A stretch of 64,000 nt of DNA, taken from the IMG/VR virus record IMGVR_UViG_3300034095_001474, positions 32,001 to 96,000 of that record, one strand, 5' to 3'. Of the stretch, positions 46,329 through 54,942 are shown piece by piece (the stretch's first letter is position 1; each line of letters opens with the position of its first letter). Position numbers and translations under genes: made by a program. The DNA is from a virus. Lineage: Duplodnaviria; Caudoviricetes. The notes under the pieces were generated by a model. It searched no databases, was not told the DNA's origin, and saw only the letters and a list, made by a program, of their open reading frames with translations.

Positions 46329-46850
46329 TTAATGTCTATCTTGTGGTACGTGGTTAATTTTAAAAGATTCTAACCTTCCTTCTTTTACTTTGGTATCACC
46401 CCAAGCTTGGAAAATCGGCAAATGTTCCTCTCTATCATCCCACATCTCTACACTTGTAACGTTTGTGTATTTCTCCATCAAACTATCAAGTGTTTTTATT
46501 TTTGCTTCATCAGTTGTACCACCTCTATTGTAGTGGTATTCATGGAATGTTAATGCTTTGTCATCCAAAATGTTTTTAACTAATTCTCCTAGTCTTGACA
46601 TTCGACCAGTCAACATAATCATTCCAGTTTCTGGTTTAAGTTTCTCTTTTTCGTATGCAGTCATTACCATGGGTACTGTTGGCATATCAAATATTTCCAT
46701 ATCCAAACTCAATGGTTTACTCCACCAACCAGTATGTGGCCATTCTTTGCCAGTTTTATTTTTGTATTCTTGTTTACCAAATTCTGGTAGTGGTGTATCG
46801 ACAAGTGTTCCGTCAAAGTCCCAAATCGCTAGTTTTGTTATTTTCTCCAT
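46329..46850 (-). CDS. HAD phosphatase, Swiss-Army-Knife RNA-repair type (HAD_SAK_1-like)
   Basis: WDFDGTL..P, WWSKP.SL, LTGR, K..L, WDDREEH. Confidence 0.75.
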   Translation of the reverse strand: MEKITKLAIWDFDGTLVDTPLPEFGKQEYKNKTGKEWPHTGWWSKPLSLDMEIFDMPTVPMVMTAYEKEKLKPETGMIMLTGRMSRLGELVKNILDDKALTFHEYHYNRGGTTDEAKIKTLDSLMEKYTNVTSVEMWDDREEHLPIFQAWGDTKVKEGRLESFKINHVPQDRH

Positions 46851-47179
46851 AATTTTTTAAATAATCTTGTTATTAAGTTTTCTTGTTTCATGTTACTCAA
46901 AAGTGCACCATGTATTCTTTTGGTTGCACTTCCAATGAATTGTTTAGTTATTGGACCATGTGCGTTGAGAGTTTGTTTCAATGCACCACTAATCCGTTTA
47001 GTTTCTAGATGTCTTTCTCTTTTTAGTTTCCCTATCGTATCTAAATTAGCTTTTTGATATTCATCAAAAGCTATCATCAAGAAATCCAATTCAGTTTCAG
47101 TCGGTTCTATTCTTTGTAATATAAACTCTAGGTCTTTTCTAAGTTTATTTTTTCTTGTTTTAAAAATTTGTATTTCCAT
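46838..47179 (-). CDS. hypothetical protein
   Basis: I.GAL.QT.NAHGPITK..IGSA.KRI family. Confidence 0.75.
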   Translation of the reverse strand: MEIQIFKTRKNKLRKDLEFILQRIEPTETELDFLMIAFDEYQKANLDTIGKLKRERHLETKRISGALKQTLNAHGPITKQFIGSATKRIHGALLSNMKQENLITRLFKKLWRK

Positions 47180-47223
47180 ATTATATTTGCAAATGTACGT
47201 AAAGTTTTTTAATTAACCAAATA

Positions 47224-47649
47224 TTAATCTTCTTTTTTTATTTCTATTTGTGGTGTAGTTGTTTCTGGAATGAAATCACCATAAACATAATCCGTATATA
47301 ACAACTCACCTCTAGGTGCACTCAATGGTGTTACTGAAACTATATCCGTACCCATAGTTCGTGCTGCTACTGCTAGGGCTATCGGAAATCCAATAAGGTT
47401 TTCTAATGTAGTCCAATAGAATTCTAAATCAACATTTGGTTTTTCTGAAACAGCCCAATCATTTATAATTAATTTGATTAGCACTTCTTCTATACCAAAA
47501 ACTGTGTTTATCTCCTTTAATAGTAGACTATAGTTATGTGGTGATTTCCATTTGTTTTGATTTAGTTTGTAATATATTCCATCGTTACCAATTTCGCTAG
47601 TGTCAATGTAATAGTATTCAAACAAATATTGTTGTACAAGTTTTTCCAT
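47224..47649 (-). CDS. hypothetical protein with gp23-like C-terminal segment
   Basis: FPIA..VAART...DIVSVTPLSAPRG.L.Y.DY.Y. Confidence 0.65.
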   Translation of the reverse strand: MEKLVQQYLFEYYYIDTSEIGNDGIYYKLNQNKWKSPHNYSLLLKEINTVFGIEEVLIKLIINDWAVSEKPNVDLEFYWTTLENLIGFPIALAVAARTMGTDIVSVTPLSAPRGELLYTDYVYGDFIPETTTPQIEIKKED

Positions 47650-47685
47650 GCACAACAATAGATATTTTTTTTGGTTTAGTAAACA

Positions 47686-47994
47686 CTAAACTCCACCACC
47701 AATTGCTATTGTATAATTACCAGTTGCTATCGAATTATAACCCATTGCAACGGAATAGTTTCCACTGGGTCTTATTCTTTTCATTTCAACATATGTTGAA
47801 ATATCAAAGATAGCCCATTCATGTATGTATTGGTTAATTAAATCCTCACCAACACCAAAAATGGTTTTTAAATCATCAACCAAATCATCATAAAATTGAA
47901 AACATTGATTTGAATAATCGTAGATAACATCAACGTTATTTTCTAACCTAGTATTATAATGCCTATTCAAAAAGTGAAAGACAATCTCTCTCAC
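47686..47994 (-). CDS. hypothetical protein with YadA-head-like tail
   Basis: GNYSVAMGYNSIATGNYTIAIG. Confidence 0.65.
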   Translation of the reverse strand: MREIVFHFLNRHYNTRLENNVDVIYDYSNQCFQFYDDLVDDLKTIFGVGEDLINQYIHEWAIFDISTYVEMKRIRPSGNYSVAMGYNSIATGNYTIAIGGGV

Positions 47995-48494
47995 TTTTTA
48001 GGTTTTGGTTTTAAAGTTACAGACATTTTCTTACCCTCTAATTTAGGTAAAGACTCTGCTGTTCCATGTTCCTCAACTTCCAAAATTAGTTTCAACAACA
48101 ATTCTTGTCCCTTGTCAACATGATTCATTTGACGACCTTTGAACTGCATACTTATTTTAACTTTGTGTCCTTTATCTAAAAACTCAATGATGTGTTTAAT
48201 ACGATACTCAACATCATTATCAGAAGTATTTGGTCCCAACTTAATCTCTTTTAATTCAGCTGATTTCACTTTGTTCTTTAATTTCTTCTTTTGTTCATAG
48301 AGAAACTTTTCATAGTTTACTATTTTACAAATAGGTGGTGTTGTTGTAGTATTCACACAAACCAAATCCATTTCATCGGCTTGGGCCATTTTCAACGCTT
48401 CAGTTGTTTTAACGATACCTTCTGGTAGTCTAACAGAGTATTCTCTAATTTCTTCGTTTATAAAGTGTTCTCTTTTGTTATTAAATTTTTTCAT
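47991..48494 (-). CDS. infC: translation initiation factor IF-3
   Basis: INEEIR..VRL, AL.MA..DLV.V..PP.CKI.NYEKFLYE, KEIKL.PN..D, FL.KGHKVK..F.GR. Confidence 0.95.
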   Translation of the reverse strand: MKKFNNKREHFINEEIREYSVRLPEGIVKTTEALKMAQADEMDLVCVNTTTTPPICKIVNYEKFLYEQKKKLKNKVKSAELKEIKLGPNTSDNDVEYRIKHIIEFLDKGHKVKISMQFKGRQMNHVDKGQELLLKLILEVEEHGTAESLPKLEGKKMSVTLKPKPKK

Positions 48495-48942
48495 AAATGT
48501 ATTCAACTAATTCATAAATATCATTAACTTGTTTTATATTGTATTTCTCACAAACAATATCCACGTTTCCTTTTCTCCAAAAACCTTCTGGACAAATAAC
48601 TACCATCTTTTCACTACTCGCATGCAAACCCAATTCCAATAAAGAGATTGGTGATTTTGTGTTAGGGTCAAATACCATAACAATTATATCAGCTACTTCC
48701 AATCCGTTGAGTTCCCATTCTACTTGTTCTCTAAACTGTGGGTTTGTTATTTCTTGAGTCCATGAAGAATCCCAATCACTACGTCTAGGATTTAAAAATG
48801 TAATCATTTCATCTTTTAATCTTTCGATTAAATCTTTTTGCCAATCTATGGCTTTACCCATTTCTATTGAACCACCTAAAAATATTTTAGTGTTGGTCTT
48901 AACGTTGGGTATTTCGTTAGGTGCTTGTATTTCAATTGCCAT
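48481..48942 (-). CDS. nucleoside 2-deoxyribosyltransferase-like protein
   Basis: IFLGGSI, DWQ, NPRR.DW, QVEWEL..L..AD, PISLLELG. Confidence 0.85.
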   Translation of the reverse strand: MAIEIQAPNEIPNVKTNTKIFLGGSIEMGKAIDWQKDLIERLKDEMITFLNPRRSDWDSSWTQEITNPQFREQVEWELNGLEVADIIVMVFDPNTKSPISLLELGLHASSEKMVVICPEGFWRKGNVDIVCEKYNIKQVNDIYELVEYIYEKI

Positions 48943-49174
48943 TAATCAAATTTATTTTTTCTTTTCTTGTTAGTTTTTTAATTCTATATTCTTCTTTAGC
49001 AGCTGTGCTCTTATCAAAACCATCAAAAGAAGCTCGTAGAACAACTGGAAGACGAGTCTTCGAATACTTTGCCCCTTTGCCTTTATTGTGTGTTTCTATA
49101 CGCTTATTTACGTCTGTTGTTATACCAGTATATAAAGTTCCATCAGAACACTCTACTATATATACATACCACAT
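48932..49174 (-). CDS. GIY-YIG nuclease (YhbQ-like)
   Basis: WYVYIVEC.DGTLYTGITTD..RI..HN.GKGAKY. Confidence 0.9.
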   Translation of the reverse strand: MWYVYIVECSDGTLYTGITTDVNKRIETHNKGKGAKYSKTRLPVVLRASFDGFDKSTAAKEEYRIKKLTRKEKINLINGN

Positions 49175-49392
49175 TAAACCAAAGTTATTATAATTGACCC
49201 CCAATTCACGAAACCTTCGGAACAAACAAACCCATAATCATTTACGCAATCACGTACAATATTCTTCATTTGTTCTGAGTTCCCAGTAACAATTTCTATT
49301 TGCGGTATTTTTCTCAGCATGGCCTCCCAAATGAATCTATCGACTTCATTTGAAACATTCTCATGCTTAATTCCATGTAAATCTAGTTTCAT
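49174..49392 (-). CDS. stand-alone Smr-domain protein
   Basis: LDLHG..V..F..A..IEIVTG..N.GS. Confidence 0.7.
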   Translation of the reverse strand: MKLDLHGIKHENVSNEVDRFIWEAMLRKIPQIEIVTGNSEQMKNIVRDCVNDYGFVCSEGFVNWGSIIITLV

Positions 49393-49410
49393 AATCTTAT
49401 TTTTTAAATT

Positions 49411-49863
49411 TTATCTTGAAAATAATTGTTTTACTTTATCTAAACAAGCTACTTGTGTTTCATGTAACAATAATCTAGCGTCATCTACTGTCACCCATTT
49501 GTATTCATCCATTTCTGGAAAGCCACCTCTTTCCTCTGGTACATTTGAATTACATTGAATGGTAATCAACGATAAATCCAAGTACTCACATTCAGTCTCA
49601 AACAATACGAAAGGAATAAGCATTTTCTTTCTATGAGAATAGTTAACTGAATCCAACATAATCATTTTATCTTTATAATCAGATATGTCTATGTTAGTTT
49701 CTTCAAATGTTTCACGAATACAAGCATTAGCAAACGTTTCTAATGCTTCCACCTTACCTTTTGGAATACTCCAAACATTTGATGGGTGTTGTGTTGGGTG
49801 ACAAATCAATAATTTGTTTGATTTGTTAATTAAAAACACTCCAGCTGCCGTTATTTTACTCAT
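49411..49863 (-). CDS. NUDIX hydrolase
   Basis: WSIPKG..E..A.RE..EETN; PEMD..W. Confidence 0.9.
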   Translation of the reverse strand: MSKITAAGVFLINKSNKLLICHPTQHPSNVWSIPKGKVEALETFANACIRETFEETNIDISDYKDKMIMLDSVNYSHRKKMLIPFVLFETECEYLDLSLITIQCNSNVPEERGGFPEMDEYKWVTVDDARLLLHETQVACLDKVKQLFSR

Positions 49864-50030
49864 TTTACATAAAATTTGTTTGTTATTATTTCTATTTGTT
49901 TTTCATTCTCATCTATAACAACATCAAACTCATCTGTTTCTCCTTCCGCACCAATCATTTTTAATAATTGATTTGACTTAACCAAAGCATCTTTGAATGC
50001 TTTTAGGTGTTCTATCGATACTTTATACAT
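49860..50030 (-). CDS. small hypothetical protein
   Basis: hand-translated 56 aa, ATGA-coupled to NUDIX gene. Confidence 0.55.
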   Translation of the reverse strand: MYKVSIEHLKAFKDALVKSNQLLKMIGAEGETDEFDVVIDENEKQIEIITNKFYVK

Positions 50031-50466
50031 CTTCGTTTATTAATTTCATTTCTTTTAATATTCCTTCTATCTTCGCCCAATCAACAAATGGTCGGTTACT
50101 ATACACTGGATTAAAAATCAATGGACAACCCAACGCTGTATCATCTATCATAAATTGAGCATAACTTTTTGGTGATGATGTCCATAAATGTTGTGTTGGG
50201 TTCGATTGAATCCCATATAACGGTATATCATTTTCTTTAAACCAGTTAACAGCTTCAGTCAAATAAGTAACACCCTTGGTTACTATTTCAAAATGTTCAT
50301 TGAGTACATCATCAGAATCATTTCTCATAGTAAACAAGATAAGTTGGTGTCCGTTTTGTACCAATCTATTTAATACTCTTGCAGCACCAATATCTTTTCC
50401 AACTCTAGGAAAGTCATGTGTGGTACAAGTACCGTCAAAATCAATATTAAATGTTATCTTTTCCAT
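50023..50466 (-). CDS. HAD-like hydrolase (BT0820-like)
   Basis: IDFDGT, LILFTMR, WFKEN.IP, IDD. Confidence 0.8.
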   Translation of the reverse strand: MEKITFNIDFDGTCTTHDFPRVGKDIGAARVLNRLVQNGHQLILFTMRNDSDDVLNEHFEIVTKGVTYLTEAVNWFKENDIPLYGIQSNPTQHLWTSSPKSYAQFMIDDTALGCPLIFNPVYSNRPFVDWAKIEGILKEMKLINEDV

Positions 50467-50514
50467 ATTACAAATGTACAATTATTTTTTTATTAAAACA
50501 ATATCAAACATACT

Positions 50515-51294
50515 TTATTTTAATTTATTTTTTCCTTTTACCATATGTTTGCTACATTCTTCAAGCCATCCGTTTCTTAATGCAGAATTATATGATGATT
50601 TACTAATTTTAACCCAGTCATTGTATGAATTACATTTTAATGCAATTTCAAGGCTACGTTCTTTAGTCCAATATCCACGTGGTTTTACTAACTGCACCAT
50701 ATGAGTAGTTGCTTCTTCAAACCAACCATTTTTTCTAGCATTTGCACATGATGTTGAATTATTTTTTAACCATTCGGTCACAGTAGAAAATTGTTTTGCA
50801 TGTTCAATACAATTTTCTTTGTTCCAGTAACCCATAGGTTTTTGGTTTTCAACCATATGAGCAGCACATTCATCAATCCATCCGTTTTTTAATGCAGAAT
50901 TATAACATGGTTTGTTATTTCTTAAAAATTGAGTTCTCGTTTTATATTTCAGTGCTTCTTCTATACATTTTTCTTTATCCCAATACCCTCTAGGTTTGCG
51001 ACCTTTATCAATATGTGCTGTGCACTCAATAACCCAATCGTTATAATAAGCTATTTTATACGACATTTGATTAAATTCTCGCCATTCTTTAATTGAATTA
51101 TATTTAAGTGCTTCTTCTATACATTTTTCTTTGGACCAATACCCTTTTGGTTTTCTATTGGTTGGGGGAATTTTAAATTTCCAACCAAACATATCACAAA
51201 TTTCTTTTGTAAGTTTTAATCTTACAGCACGGTCATAAGCTTTAGGGTCATTTTTACCCCATTCAGTTAATGAATTATATTTACTTTTATACAT
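50515..51294 (-). CDS. tandem-repeat protein (about 4 x 65-aa GYW..E.C.EEA.KY repeats)
   Basis: repeats visible in translation. Confidence 0.8.
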   Translation of the reverse strand: MYKSKYNSLTEWGKNDPKAYDRAVRLKLTKEICDMFGWKFKIPPTNRKPKGYWSKEKCIEEALKYNSIKEWREFNQMSYKIAYYNDWVIECTAHIDKGRKPRGYWDKEKCIEEALKYKTRTQFLRNNKPCYNSALKNGWIDECAAHMVENQKPMGYWNKENCIEHAKQFSTVTEWLKNNSTSCANARKNGWFEEATTHMVQLVKPRGYWTKERSLEIALKCNSYNDWVKISKSSYNSALRNGWLEECSKHMVKGKNKLK

Positions 51295-53362
51295 TATAAG
51301 ACATTTTTGTTGTTGTCTTTTTCATATGTGCACTGCATTCATCTAACCACCCATTTTTTCTAGCTTCTTTCATAGAACCATTACTTTTTTCTTGCCATTC
51401 AACTTTATTTTTATATTTTAAAGCTTCAGCTAAGACATGTTCTTTAACTTTCCAATAACCCATAGGTTTTCTATCTTGTTTCATATGTGCAATACACTCA
51501 TCATAACAACCTAAAGGTTTAGCTCTGGAGAACCCTTCACCCAATTCTCTCCATTCTTTAGGTGTGTTCCATTTTCTAGCTTCTGCAATTAATAGTTCTC
51601 TGGTCCAAGTACCATTAGGTCTAACTAAATAGACCATATGTGCTGTACATTCATCATGCCAACCGTTTTTCTTAGCTGATTTATATGAACTTGAACTATT
51701 TTTAGACCATTCACTTCTTGTTTTATATTTCAAAGCTTCAATCAAAACAGTTTCTTTTGAATCCCAATAACCTTTTTTGGTTGATAATTCCATATGTGCT
51801 GTACATTCATCATGCCAACCATTTCTACGTGAAACTTCTAATGAAGCACCTCCATTCAAACGCCAATCTTTTATGTTATTATATTTCAACGCTTCAACCA
51901 ACACATTTTCTTTTATTTGCCAATACCCCATAGGTTTTTGGTTTTCATCCATGTGTGCTGTACATTCATCATACCAACCATTTCTAATTGCTGATTTTTT
52001 AGCCGCAGAACTTTTTTTCTGCCATTCAGTTTTGCTTTTATATTTTAAAGCATCTTCTAAACATTTTTCTTTATCATTCCAATACATTGGTGGTTTTTTT
52101 AATAATTCCATATGTTCTAAACATTCATCTAACCACCCATTTGTTCTTGCAGCCCATACTGATTTTTCATCAGCTTTAACCCAATCTAATCTATTATCAT
52201 ATTTTTTAGCAATGGATAACACTTTTTCTTTGGTCCAAAAACCAGCTGGGGTGTGTCCTTCAGCATATTCCATATGAGCTATACATTCATCATACCAACC
52301 ATTTTGGTTAGCTGAATGATATGCACCAGACGAGTTTTTACTAAAATCACTTCTTGTTTTATATTTCAAAGCTTCAGTCAACACATTTTCTTTTATTTTC
52401 CAATGACCATTCCTAGCAGTTGAAAAAATCATATGACTTGTACATTTGTCTATTAAATTTTGCTTTTTCGCTGCTTGATAAGCTCCTTGTTCATCTTTAA
52501 GCCAATCACTATAATATTTGTATTTTTTAGCAGTTTCAAGTAATACTTCTTTGGTCCAATACCCAACTGGTTTATTAATTTCAATCATATGAGCTGTAGC
52601 CTCTTCAAACCAACCATTTTTTTTGGCTGAATTATATGAAGCACCATGAGAATTTGGTCCAGTACCCCATTCACTTCTTGTTTTATATTTAAATGCTTCA
52701 GCCAATACGTTTTCTTTAATTTGCCAATAACCAAGTTTTTTATAGTTTTCAACACCCATCTCTGCCAAACATTTAGCGTATAACCCTTCAATTTTAAAGG
52801 CCGTAGAATATGAAGTGGATGAATTATTTTTCCATTCTTTAGGGTTATTATATTTTTTTGATTCTTCAAAAATTGTTTCAGCGTTCCAATAACCAGCTGG
52901 TTTAGCCTTAATATAACCCATTTCATCTGTACATTTATCATATAATCCTTCAATTTTAAAAGACATAGAATATGAAGTTGATGAACCCTTTTTCCATTCA
53001 GTAGGTGTTTTATATTTTTTTGATTCTTCAAAAATTGTTTCAGCATTCCAGTAACCATTTGGTTTAATTAAAAAGCTCATATGAGCTGTTGCTTCCTCAA
53101 ACCAACCATATTTACGAGCAGCAGCATAAGCTGTTGCATTATTTTTAGTCCATTCAGTAGGTGTTTTATATTTCAACGCATCACATAATACGTTTTCTTT
53201 AATTTGCCAGTAGCCATTTCGGTGTAATTTAGTTTTTTCTTTTGGTAAATCCCAACCAAAAATTTCACAAATATCTGGTATAATACCAGATTTTTTAGCT
53301 GATTGATAAGCACTAGGATTACTTTTACACCATTCTGCTATCGATTTATACTTGCTGTCCAT
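51287..53362 (-). CDS. tandem-repeat protein (about 10 x 65-aa repeats)
   Basis: GYW..KE.VL.EALKYKT.SEW..S..AY..A.KNGW.DECTAHM repeated; no catalytic domain seen. Confidence 0.85.
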   Translation of the reverse strand: MDSKYKSIAEWCKSNPSAYQSAKKSGIIPDICEIFGWDLPKEKTKLHRNGYWQIKENVLCDALKYKTPTEWTKNNATAYAAARKYGWFEEATAHMSFLIKPNGYWNAETIFEESKKYKTPTEWKKGSSTSYSMSFKIEGLYDKCTDEMGYIKAKPAGYWNAETIFEESKKYNNPKEWKNNSSTSYSTAFKIEGLYAKCLAEMGVENYKKLGYWQIKENVLAEAFKYKTRSEWGTGPNSHGASYNSAKKNGWFEEATAHMIEINKPVGYWTKEVLLETAKKYKYYSDWLKDEQGAYQAAKKQNLIDKCTSHMIFSTARNGHWKIKENVLTEALKYKTRSDFSKNSSGAYHSANQNGWYDECIAHMEYAEGHTPAGFWTKEKVLSIAKKYDNRLDWVKADEKSVWAARTNGWLDECLEHMELLKKPPMYWNDKEKCLEDALKYKSKTEWQKKSSAAKKSAIRNGWYDECTAHMDENQKPMGYWQIKENVLVEALKYNNIKDWRLNGGASLEVSRRNGWHDECTAHMELSTKKGYWDSKETVLIEALKYKTRSEWSKNSSSSYKSAKKNGWHDECTAHMVYLVRPNGTWTRELLIAEARKWNTPKEWRELGEGFSRAKPLGCYDECIAHMKQDRKPMGYWKVKEHVLAEALKYKNKVEWQEKSNGSMKEARKNGWLDECSAHMKKTTTKMSYNV

Positions 53363-54860
53363 CTCTTATTGTTAAATATTCTTCTAAACTAACTCCCATT
53401 GCTGATGCAAAAATTTTATCATCAGTCCATGTTAAAACTCTACCATGACCTAACATTTTTTTAACGTCATTGATTGTTGTCATCTTATAGATACTAACTG
53501 GATTACTTAAATTATGTAATATATCTTTGAACAAATCAATAACGTCAAAAGTAAATTCTGGTAATATATTCTGATTTTTTTTATTGCTACTACCACTAGA
53601 AGTACCACCACTTCCAGTACTGGTTCTTTTACCTTTGATAACTGGAATCTCTAAATTATTAAAGTTTTTACCATCAAATAATAACAAATAATTTTTGTCA
53701 GTTAACATTAGAGCACCACACATAGATAAATGTGTCAAAGACATGTTGTGTAATTCTTTTGGTGTAAGTTTCAAATAGAATTTTTGAGTTTCTGGTCCAC
53801 CTCTAAGTACTCGACTAAACATTTGATAGATAACATCTGGGTTATGTGTTCCAGACATATCTATAATATTCATCAAATTAACATCATTGTAACCTAATTT
53901 ACCTCTGTTAACAACAACCAATACATCATACATGTTGTTTTTAAATTCAGTTATTATATCCCCATTTACATCACATTCAGAATGTGATACAGCAGAATTA
54001 ACACCCATTTCTAAAAGGATTTTGTTAACCATTTCAGCTTGTTCTTGTCGTTTACAAACAATCATTGTTTTACCTATAGTTTTATAAGTAAAAGCCCAAG
54101 TTTTTATTTTTGTTAAAAATGAAGGATGATTAAATTGTTCGGCTTTTAACCCGTATTTAATCCTAGCCATTAATTTTTCCATAACAACTTCTAAAGTTGA
54201 TTTGGTATCATCGTAGGTGAATCTAAACTTTTTAGTCACCTCATTATTAGAATCGTAGAAACCACTCCATTTATAATCAGATGCAACCAATTCAACATTT
54301 AATTTTGCAAACCATTCAGAACTAATTTCGTTTGATGCAATTACATATATATCAAATAACGGTTCAATATTTGGTTTATTCTCTCTTTTGTTTTTAGCTA
54401 CATGTTCTTTATTTTTAAGAATAAATTTAGATGGTGTTCCAGTAAGTAATAACTGTTTTGATGGTTTTACTTTATCGATAATTCTTTGAACACGTGGTGC
54501 TAAATAATTCTCATGTGCTTCATCAATTACAACAAAATCATAATGACCTTTTATTTTATGTTCGATATTAGGTAAACATAAATGCACTTGTACGTTTTCA
54601 TCTAAATTTGTTGAGTAAGTAAATGATACTTTAATCTCTTTTAACCTATCAACAAAGTTATCCAACAACACATTCGTTGAATGGGTTAAGATTAAAACTT
54701 TAGCTTTTGTAAAAAGTTTTAAATACTTTTCAACAACATCTATTGTTATTTCTGTTTTACCACCACCTGGAGCAATTGCTAAAACACATTTTTTAGACCC
54801 CAACACATAATTAGATGCTGGTTCTTGATAATCCCTTAATATTAACGTTCTTTTATTCAT
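53346..54860 (-). CDS. superfamily 2 DEAH helicase (Res-subunit-like)
   Basis: APGGGKT, DEAH, LTGTP, QMFSRVLR. Confidence 0.85.
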   Translation of the reverse strand: MNKRTLILRDYQEPASNYVLGSKKCVLAIAPGGGKTEITIDVVEKYLKLFTKAKVLILTHSTNVLLDNFVDRLKEIKVSFTYSTNLDENVQVHLCLPNIEHKIKGHYDFVVIDEAHENYLAPRVQRIIDKVKPSKQLLLTGTPSKFILKNKEHVAKNKRENKPNIEPLFDIYVIASNEISSEWFAKLNVELVASDYKWSGFYDSNNEVTKKFRFTYDDTKSTLEVVMEKLMARIKYGLKAEQFNHPSFLTKIKTWAFTYKTIGKTMIVCKRQEQAEMVNKILLEMGVNSAVSHSECDVNGDIITEFKNNMYDVLVVVNRGKLGYNDVNLMNIIDMSGTHNPDVIYQMFSRVLRGGPETQKFYLKLTPKELHNMSLTHLSMCGALMLTDKNYLLLFDGKNFNNLEIPVIKGKRTSTGSGGTSSGSSNKKNQNILPEFTFDVIDLFKDILHNLSNPVSIYKMTTINDVKKMLGHGRVLTWTDDKIFASAMGVSLEEYLTIRDGQQV

Positions 54861-54907
54861 AATTTTTTATTTATAATACAAAGGTATATATTATTTTTTA
54901 ATAAACC

Positions 54908-54942
54908 AAAAAAAATCCGATAAATTATCGGATTTTTTTTTT
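54908..54942. terminator. bidirectional terminator
   Basis: A8-TCCGATA-AAT-TATCGGA-T10. Confidence 0.7.
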
